Assembly (NCBI RefSeq): GCF_009914755.1
Contig: NC_060925.1
From: the human T2T-CHM13v2.0 reference genome, Homo sapiens
Reading direction: 5' to 3' (one strand)
DNA length: 64,000 nt
The notes under the pieces are model-generated. The model was not told where the DNA came from. It worked only from the letters and a program-made list of their open reading frames with translations, and searched no databases. Below are positions 54,750 to 64,000 of the stretch, piece by piece. The stretch's first letter is position 1. Each line of letters opens with the position of its first letter. The position numbers and the translations under genes are program-made.

Positions 54750-54935
54750 GGATTGTTTTTCAATATGTAGTCCTAGTATCACCTGTATTGGAATCACCGG
54801 GGATGCTTGCTAAACCACCCAGCTCCAGTCTACAGAATCAGAATCTGGAGGTGGGGCCTGAAGCTGGGTGGGAGGGGTGTCTAGATTTTAATAAGGCCCC
54901 TCAGGTGACTCTGATACAGAGGCAAGTTTGAGGCA
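54750..54935. mobile_element. MER5-like hAT MITE
   Basis: gaatcagaatctggaggtggggcc...caggtgactctgat...aagtttgag. Confidence 0.7.
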
Positions 54936-57325
54936 GCTCCTTCAGAACTTTGCTTAATCAATCGTGTCTTTTCTAACCTACCAGTCTCTCTCACTGTCAA
55001 TTAGATTCTTTCTCCTGGCCTGTAAATATACTCAGGTCTCGACTATTCTAATAAGAAAAAATGTTACATCATGGGGTTGTGGTGATGAATAGTGTTAATA
55101 TACATAAAGCCAACAGCACCTAGTACATACAATACATATGTTGGCTATCTTTTTTTCTTAAATTTTTTTTGTAGTTAACTAAAGCCCATAGTTTATTTGG
55201 ATTTCCTCAGTTTTTACCTAATGTTTTTTCTGTTTTGCAATCTCATCCTATGACATGTAATTGTCATGTCTCCTTAGGCTTCTCTTGGCTATGACAGTTT
55301 CTCAGACTTTCCTTGTTTTTGTTTATCTTGACAGCTTTGAGGAGTTGTAGTTAGGTACTTTCTAAGATACCCCTCTATTGAACTTTGTCTGATTTTTTAA
55401 AAAATCATAATTAGACCAGGATTATGGGTCTTTGGGAGGAAGATCTCAGAGGTAAAGTATAGTTTTCATTACATCACATCCAGGGTACATGTACATACTA
55501 TTGACATGATTTATAACTGTTGATGTTGATGTTGATCACCTGGCTGACGTGTTCGTCACATTTCTCCATTGTAAAGTTATGCTTTTCCTGCTTTGCATAC
55601 TCTTTGGAAGGAAGTCAGTACGTGCAGGCCACTTGAGGGGAGATTTATGCTTACCTCTTTGAGGGCAAAGTAGCTACATAATTTTTAAAAATTATTTGGA
55701 ATTCTTCTGTGTGGAAGATTTCTCTCTAACCCATTTATTAATCATTTATTTATATCAGTATAGATTTAAGGATACATATTTTGTGCTTGGGGTTATAACC
55801 CAATGCTACTTTATTAGATTGTAATGATTTGTTCAAATTGTTTCAGCTTTGGCCATTGGGAGTTCTTTCAGCTGGTTCTTATGCTCCTTTGACCTTCTCA
55901 TTAATAGACTGCAGGTTTTTTGTGTGTTTCAGCAATTCTTGGCATTATAAGATGCTCCAGACTCATCTTGTATATTTTCTACCCCATTGCTAGAATTAAC
56001 CGTTTCTCAAGTGGAATGGTATTTTTTTTTTAAAAAAAATCTATTATGCTGGTTTGTACTGGGAAGTCATTGTTCTCAGACTCCCTCAACTGAGAGGGCA
56101 AAGAAATATATGTGTGTACACTTGTCCTTGTCTATACGAATATCTATAAATATTTCTATCTATATCTATTTGCATCTATATTAAGTTAAATATGAGTTCT
56201 TACTGATGTCTTTGACTATACCCATTACTATATGCATCATTCTAGCCATCCTCTTGCAGATCTAGAAATTTCCATTCCAACAGTGAGACATCTGGCTCCC
56301 ATCTTCTGCCATGTTTACTTAGTCATCCAATCCCAGTATATATGTATAGTGGGCTCAGAATTGTTAACTTTTCTTAACTTCATTTCCCTGGGAAATGTCT
56401 TTATCAACTAGTACAATGTTTATGTATAGTTCCTTGACTGTTGTCTTACATACTCCATTTATTTCCAGAATGACTTCGGTTGGTGTTTTCCAACCCCTTC
56501 GGTGGAGTTATAACAGAGTCTCTGGTTACAGTCTGCATTCTTTCCTAGAGGAATGTAGTGATTGTCACAATCTTAAGTAACACATCCATTGCCACCCATG
56601 ATGTACATTAGATCTTCAGAATATAGTGAGTCTTGAAATCTAGTCAGTCCTCCAACATTGTTCTTCAGTACAGTAAGTTATTCTGGTTTCTTTGCCCTTC
56701 CACATGACTTTTAAAATCAGTTTGTTACTATTCACTAAATAGCTTACTCAGATTTTGATAGGGATCATGCTGTACCTGTAAATCAAGTAGGGAAAAATTG
56801 ACAACAATATTAAGTCTTCTAATCCATGAACATGGAATATCTCTCCACTTGTTTAGATCTTCTTTGACTTCTGTCATCAGAGTTTTGTAGTTCTCTGCAT
56901 ACAGAACCTGTACATATTTTGTTAGATTTATGCCTAAGAATTTCAAGTACATCTAAGTATTTTGATGCTAATATAAATGGCACGGTGTTATATATTTCAA
57001 ATTCCAATGGTTCATTCTTGGTATAAAGAAAAGCAATAGGGTTTTGCATATTAACCTTGTATTCTGCAGTCTTACTATTGTCACTTATTAGTTTTAGAAA
57101 GGTTTTTGTGGGTTTTTAAAATTTATTCTATGGGACTCTCTACACAGACATTCATATCATGTATGTCACATATAAACAAAAGCAGTTTAATTTCTTCCTT
57201 CCCAGTGTGTACACTCCTTGTTTCTTTTTCTTTGCACTAACTGGGACTTCTAGTACAATATTAATCAGGAGCAGTGAGCAGGGACATTGTGCTTTGTACT
57301 CAATTTTAGGGGGAAAACATTCAGA

Positions 57326-57626
57326 TTTTTTTTTTTTTTTTTGGTGAGACAGAGTCTCGCTCTGTCACCAGGCTGGAGTGTAGTGGTGCAATCTCTCTGC
57401 TCACTGCAACCTCTGCCTCCCAGGTTCAACTGATTCTCCTCCCTCAGCCTCCTGAGTAGCTGGGACTACAGGCACCTACCACCACGACTGGCTAATTTTT
57501 GTATTTTTAGTAGAGATGTGGTTTCACTATGTTGGCCAGGATGGTCTTGATTTCTTGACCTCGTGATTCACCCACCTTGGCCTCCTAAAGTGCTGGGATT
57601 ACAGGCGTGAGCCACCGCAGCTGGTC
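57326..57626 (-). mobile_element. AluS element
   Basis: Reverse Alu, TSD aacattcagatt. Confidence 0.93.
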
Positions 57627-57783
57627 AACATTCAGATTCTTATCCATAAGTACATCAGGTGTGAGTTTTTGTAGATGTTCTTTATCAAGTTGAAGTTGTT
57701 TTTTCTTTCTAGTTTGCTGACAGTTTTTATCATTAGTTACCATGAATTATGGATTTTGTCAAATGCTTTTGCTGAATCAGTGG

Positions 57784-58163
57784 TGATATGGTTAGGCTTT
57801 GTGTTCCCACCTAGATCTCATCTTGAATTATAATCCCCATAATCCCCACATGTCAAGGGAGAGACCAGGTGGAGGCAATTTTATCATGGGGGGTGGCTTC
57901 TCCCATCCTGTTCTCATAATAGTGAGTGAGTTCTCACGAGATCCGATGGTTTTATAAAGGGCTCTTCCCCCTTCTCTCAACACTTCTCCTTCTTGCTGCC
58001 TTGTAAAGACGGTGCCTTGCTTCGCCTTTCCCTTCCACCATGATTGTAAGTTTCCTGAGGCCTCCCCAGCCATGCAGAACTGTTAGTCAATTAAGCCTCC
58101 TTCCTTTACAAATTACTTAGTCTTGAGCAGTTCTTTACAGCAGTGTGAAAATGGACTAATACA
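57784..58163 (+). mobile_element. THE1-type solo LTR
   Basis: TGATATGG...CTAATACA, TSD agtgg/agtgt. Confidence 0.9.
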
Positions 58164-60339
58164 AGTGTTTAGAAGAATATTTTTCTTCTTTAACCTGTTG
58201 ATGTGATATATTGACTTAAAAAAAATTAACCCAGCCTTACATAACTGTGATAAATGCTATTTGTGACATATAATTCTTTTTACACGTTGTTGCATTCAAA
58301 TTGCTATTATTTTGTTGAAGATTTATAATCACAGGTGGTCTGAAGTTTTCCTTTCTTGTAATGTCTTTATCTGGTTTTGTTATTAAAGTAATGCTTTCCT
58401 GATAAAATGAATTAGGATATTTTCTCTGTGCTTCTATTTTCTGGAAGAAATAATAGAAAATTGGTATTATTTCTTTCAGTATTTAGTAGAATTCATCAGT
58501 GAAACCATCTGGAGTTGTTGGTTTCTTTAATAGAAGATTGTTCATTATTGATTTAATTTCTTTAATAGAGACACATTCATATTATTCTTGTATGAGTTTT
58601 TGTAGTTCTTGTCTTTCAAGGAATTTATCTATGAAACATAAAATTTGTGGGCATGCAGCTGTTTACTGTAAGGCTTTGTTAACCTTTTAATGTTCATTGG
58701 AGCAGTAGTTATAACCCCTATTTCATTTCTGATACTGTCAACTTGTGTTTTCTCTCTTTTTTTCTTGGTTAGCCAGGCTAGACGCTTATCAATTATATTG
58801 ATCTTTTCAAAGAGCAAGTGCCTGGTTTTGTTAATTTTCCTTATTGTTTTACATTTTTAAATTTTATTGATTTTTATTGTAATTTTTATTATTTAATTCT
58901 GTTTGCTTAAGGCTTAAATTTCTCTTTTTTTCCCAAGTTTCTTAAGGTAGAACTTTAAATGATTGATTTTTAGAGTTTTTCTTTTTTCCAAGATGGCAAT
59001 TCAATGCTATAAATTTCCCTGTAATCACTGCTTTCATTGCACCCAACATAGTTTGATAACTTTTATTTTTATTTTGTTTTATATATTTTTAATTTTTCTT
59101 AAGACTTATTCTTTCATCCATGTGTTATTTAGAAAAGCATTGTTACATCTCCAAATATTTGGGAATATTCTATCATTTTGTTATTGATTTCCAGCTCAAT
59201 TACATTGACACTTGAAAATATAATTTGTATGATTTCTTATCTTTTAAATTTGTCCAGGTATGTTTTGTGACCCAGAATGTGATCCTGGTAAACATTCCAT
59301 TTGAGAAGAATGTGTATTCTGCTGTTGTTGGGTGAGATACTTTTTATATGTTAATTAAATTGCTAATTGGTTAATGATGTTGTTCACTTCAGCTGTATTC
59401 TTACTGATTTTCTACCTCCTGGAGATATCAATTACTGGGAGAGTTTTTTTTATTTAAGTCTTCAACCATAATAACAGATTTGTCTACTTCTCTTTTCGGT
59501 TCTATTAGTATTTGCCTCATGTCTTTTGGTGCTTTGCTATCAGGTGCATGCACGTTAATGATTATTATGTATCTTGGAAAATTAGCCCTTTTATCATTAT
59601 GAAATGCCCCTGATAATTTATCCCTGATGATTTTCCTTGTTCTGAAATCTGATTTATTTGAAATTAACAAATCTACTCCAACTTTCTCTTGCTTAGTATT
59701 ATTATGGTAGACATTTCTCTATCACTTTACTTTTAACCTATTTGTGCTTTTATATTTTAAATGGGTTTTTTTTGTAAACAATATATAGTTAGGTCTCCTT
59801 TATCTATTCTGACAGTCTCTGTCTTTTAATTTACATATTCAAACCATTCACATTTTAATATGATTATGGATATAGTTGGTTTAATAACTACCATGTTTGT
59901 AACTGTTTTCTATTAATTGTACTTTTTATTTTTTATTTTTTCCCTCTTTTTCTGCCTTCTCTAGTTGTAGAACATTTTATGTCATTTTATATTTCTTCTC
60001 TCTTAGTACAACAGTTACCACAATTTAAAAAAATTTTAATAGCTGCTCTAGAATTTGCAATGTATAACTTTATGTTCACCTTTAAATAAGACTATGCCAC
60101 TTTACATTCAATTCAAGTACCTTATAACATAGTATTTCCAGTTCATTCCTGCCATCCTTTATAGTATTGGTGTTATTCATTTCATTCATTCATATGCTAT
60201 AACTGCTTGATATATTGTTAATATAATTACATTGAACAGTTATCTATTAGATCAATCAAGAATAAGAAAAGATTTTATTTTACCTTCATTCCATCTCTAG
60301 CATTCTTCCTTTCTTCATTTCTTTTTTCCTTTTTTTCAT

Positions 60340-63300
60340 TTCTTTTATTTGTTTATTTTTTTAATTTTTATTTTACGTTTGGGGTGCATGTGAAGGTTTG
60401 TTACACAGGTAAACTTGTGTCTTGGGGGTTTGTTGTACAGATTATTTCATCACCCAGCTATTAAGCCCAGTACCCAACAGTTATCTTTTCTGTTCCTCTC
60501 CCTCCTCCCACCATCCACCATCAAGTAGAGCCCAGTGTATGTTGTTTCCTTCTTTCTCAAGTTCTTATAATTTAGCTCCCACTTATAATTGAGAACATAC
60601 AATAGTTGGTTTTCTGTTCCTGCATTAGTTTGCTAAGGATAATGGCCTCCAGCTCCATTCATGTTCCCACAAAAGACATGATCTCATTCTTTTTTATGGC
60701 TGCATAGTATTACACGGTGTAGAGGTACCACATTTGCTTTATACAACCTGTCATCGATGGGCATTTAGGTTGATTCCATGTCTTTGTTATTGTGAATAGC
60801 GCTACAATGAACATTCACGTGCATGTGTCTTTATGGTAAAATGATTTCTATTCCTCTGGGTATATACCAATAATGGGATTATTGGGTTAAATGGTAATTC
60901 TGCTTTTTGCTCTTTGAAGAATTGCCATACTGCTTTTCATAATGGTTTAACTAACTTACATTTCCACCAACAGTGTATAAGTCTTCCCTTTTCTCTGCCA
61001 CCTCAGCAGCATCAGTTTTTAAAATTTTTTTTTTAATAGCCATTCTGACTGGTGTGAGATGGTATTTCATGGTGGTTTTGATTTGCGTTTCTAATGATCA
61101 GTTACATTGAGCTTTTTTTCATGTGCTTGTTGAGTGCGTATATGTCTTCTTTTGAGAAGTATCTATTCATGTTCTTTGCCCACTTTTTAAAGAGGTTGTT
61201 TTTCTCCTCTAAAATTAAGTTCCTTGTAGATGCTGGATATTAGACCTTTGTCAGATGCATAGTTTACAAATGTTTTCTCCTATTCTGTAGGTTGTCTCTA
61301 GTCTGGTTGGTAGTTTCTTTTGCTGTGCAGAAGCTCTTAAATTTAATTAGATCCCACTGGTCAATTTTTGCTTTTGTTGCAATTGCTTTTGGTATCTTTG
61401 TTATAAAATATTTGCCCTTTTTTATGTCCAGGATGGTAGTGCCTAGGTTGTCTTCTAGGGTTTTTATAGCTTTGTGTTTTTTTCATTTATTTTTAATATT
61501 TTAAAAGTTTATTACTGTTCAGGGGTACATGTGTAGGTTTGTTATACAAGTAAATCACATGTTTCAAGGGTTTGGTGTATGTTTTGTTTTGTTTTTTCAC
61601 CCAGGTAATAAGCATAATACCTGATAGTCTTTCAATCCTCACCCTCCTTCCACCCTCCACCCTCCAGTAGGCCCCAGCGTCTGTAGTTCCCTTCTTTGTA
61701 TCCATATGTACTAAATGTTAAGCTCCCATTTATAAGCGAGAACATGTGGTATTTTGTTTTCTGTTCCTGTGTTAGTTCACTTAGGATAATGACCCCCAGC
61801 TCCATCCATGTTGCCACAAAGGACATGTCATTCTTTTTGTGACTGCATAGTATTCCATAGTGTATACATACCACATTTTCTTTATCCAGTCTACATTAAT
61901 GAGCATTTAGGTTGATTCTATGTCTTTGCTACTATGAATAGTGTGCTACAATGAACATATGCATGCATGCATCTTTATGGTAGAATGATTTATATTCCTT
62001 TGGGTATATACACAATAATGGGATTGCTGAGTCAAATGGTAATTCTGCTTTGAATTATTTGAGAAATTGCAAAACTGCTTTCCATAGTGGCTGAACTAAT
62101 TTGCATTTTCACTAGCAGTTTGTAAGCACTCCCCTTTCTCTGCAACCTTACCAGCATCTGTTGTTTTGACTTTTTAATAATAGCCATTCTGACTGGTATG
62201 AGATGATATCTCATTGTGGTTTTGATTTGCATGTCTCTAACAATTAGTGATGTTGAACATTTTTTCATATGATTTTTGGCCATGTGTACATCTCTTTTGA
62301 GAAGTGTCTGTTCATGCCCTTTGTCCATTTTTTAATGAGGTTACTTTTTGTTTGTAAATCTTTTTAAGTTCCTTATAGACTGTGGATATTAGACCTTTGT
62401 TGAATGCATAGTTTGCAAATATTTTCTCCCATTCAGTAAGTTGTCTGTTGACTCTGTTGACAGTTTCTTTTGCTGTACAGAAGTTCTTTAGTCTAATTAG
62501 GTCACATTTGTCAATTTTTTTTTATTGCAATTGCTTTGGGCATCTTCATCATGAAATCTTTGCCAGGGCATACGTCCAAATTGGTATTTCCTAAGGATTT
62601 TATTAGTTTTTACAGTTTTAGGTTTTAATTTTTTACAGTTTTAGGTTTTACACTGAAGTATTTAATCCATCTTGAGTTGATTTTTGTATGTGGTATAAGG
62701 AAGGGGTATAGTTTCAATCTTCTCCATGTAGCTAGCTAGTTATCCCAGGGCCAATGGGGACTCCCTTCTCCATTGCTTGTTTTTATGACGTTTGTCAAAG
62801 TTCAGATGGTTGTAGGTGTTTGGCTTTATTTCTGGGCTCTCTATTCTGTTCTAGTGGTCTACATGTCTGTTTTTGTATCAGTACCATGCTGTTTTGGTTA
62901 CTGTAGCCCTGTAGTATAGTTTGAAGTCAGGTAATGTAATGCCTCCAGATTTGTTCTTTTTGCTTAGTCTTTCTTTGGCTATGTGGGCTCTTTTTTGGTT
63001 TCATATGAATTTTAGGATTGTTTTTTCTAGTCCTGTGATGAATGATGGTGGTATTTTGATGGGAATTGCATTGAATTTGTAGAATGGCAGTATGATCATT
63101 TTCACAATATTGATTCTACCCATCCATGAGCATGAGATGTGTTTCCAATTGTTTGTGTTGCCTGTGATTTCTTTCAGCAGTGTTGTGTTTTCCTTGTAGA
63201 GGTCTTTCAACTCCTTAAGTATATTCCTAAGTATTTTATTAATTTTTTAATTTTTTGCAGCTATTGTAAAAATGGTTGAGTTCTTGATTTTATTCTCAGC

Positions 63301-64000
63301 TTGGTCACAGTTGGTGCATAGCCGGGCTACTGATTTGTGTACATTAATTTTGTAACCTGAAACTTTTGCTGAATTAATTTACCAGTTCTAAGAGCTTTTT
63401 GGATGAGTCTTTAGGGTTTTCTAGATATACACTCGTGTCATTAGCAAAAGCAATAGTTTGACTTCCTCTTTACCAATTTGGATGCCCTTTGTTTCTTTCT
63501 CTTGTCTGATCGTTCTGGCTAGGACTTCCAGTACTATGTTGAATAGAAGTGGTAAGAGTGGGCATCCTTGTCTTGTTCTGTTTCTCAGAGGGAATGCTTC
63601 CAACTTTTTCCCATTCAGTATAATGTTGGCCGTGGGTTTGTCATAGATGGCTTTTATTACCTTAAGGTATGTCCCTTCTATGCTGACTTTGCTGAGAGTT
63701 TTAATCATAAAGGGATGCTGGATTTTGTCAAATGTTTTTTCTGCATCTGTTAAGATAATCAAGTGATTTTTTTGTTTTTAATTCTATTTATGTGGTGTAT
63801 CACAGTTATTGACTTGCATATGTTAAACTCTCACTGGTGTGAAACCCACTCGATCATGGTGGATTATCTTTTTTATATGCTGTTGTATTTGGTTAGCTAG
63901 TGTTTTGTTGATGATTTTTTGCATCTATGTTCATCAGGGATATTGGTCTGTAGTTTTCTCTCTCTCTTTTTTTTTTTAAGTTATGTCCTTTTCTGGGTTT
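60340..64000 (-). mobile_element. Two L1PA/L1PB 3' ends in tandem (tails at about 60340 and 61480), running off the window
   Basis: L1 3'UTR and ORF2 C-terminus occur twice. RT fragment at 63421-63762. Confidence 0.88.

Larger units (their letters stand above)
55170..60320 (-). mobile_element. Old L1M element(s), reverse orientation
   Basis: Minus-strand ORF2 fragments ([25 protein letters not shown]; EN-like 59428-59670). Confidence 0.8.

Overview
Primate, most likely human, genomic DNA (the chr1p31 DIRAS3/ARHI/NOEY2 region, recognised from the protein). The only intact protein-coding gene is the small GTPase DIRAS3 on the minus strand: CDS 34069-34758, a TATA-driven non-coding exon 1 at about 38007-38087, a 3.18-kb intron and three CpG-rich blocks. 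From prior knowledge the locus is imprinted and lies in an intron of the plus-strand lncRNA GNG12-AS1, whose exons I cannot call from sequence alone. A degraded processed SIRT5 pseudogene lies convergently just downstream (about 30780-32070). The rest is mostly transposable-element fossil: a four-level nest (L1M > MLT1 > full-length Tigger2 > twin-primed L1 and THE1), a full-length L1PA carrying a solo LTR13 inside an ERV1 remnant, and many Alu, MIR, L2, MaLR and hAT copies. I found no evidence for a wholly new biological system. The best leads are a splice-competent cassette inside the SIRT5 retrocopy, a palindromic double ZFP57 motif in DIRAS3 exon 1, a predicted alternative 5' exon chain with a uORF, an LTR13-borne CTCF motif, a head-to-head LTR pair with a deleted centre, and two local templated insertions. 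Repeat subfamily names come from remembered consensus sequences and need RepeatMasker/Dfam confirmation.
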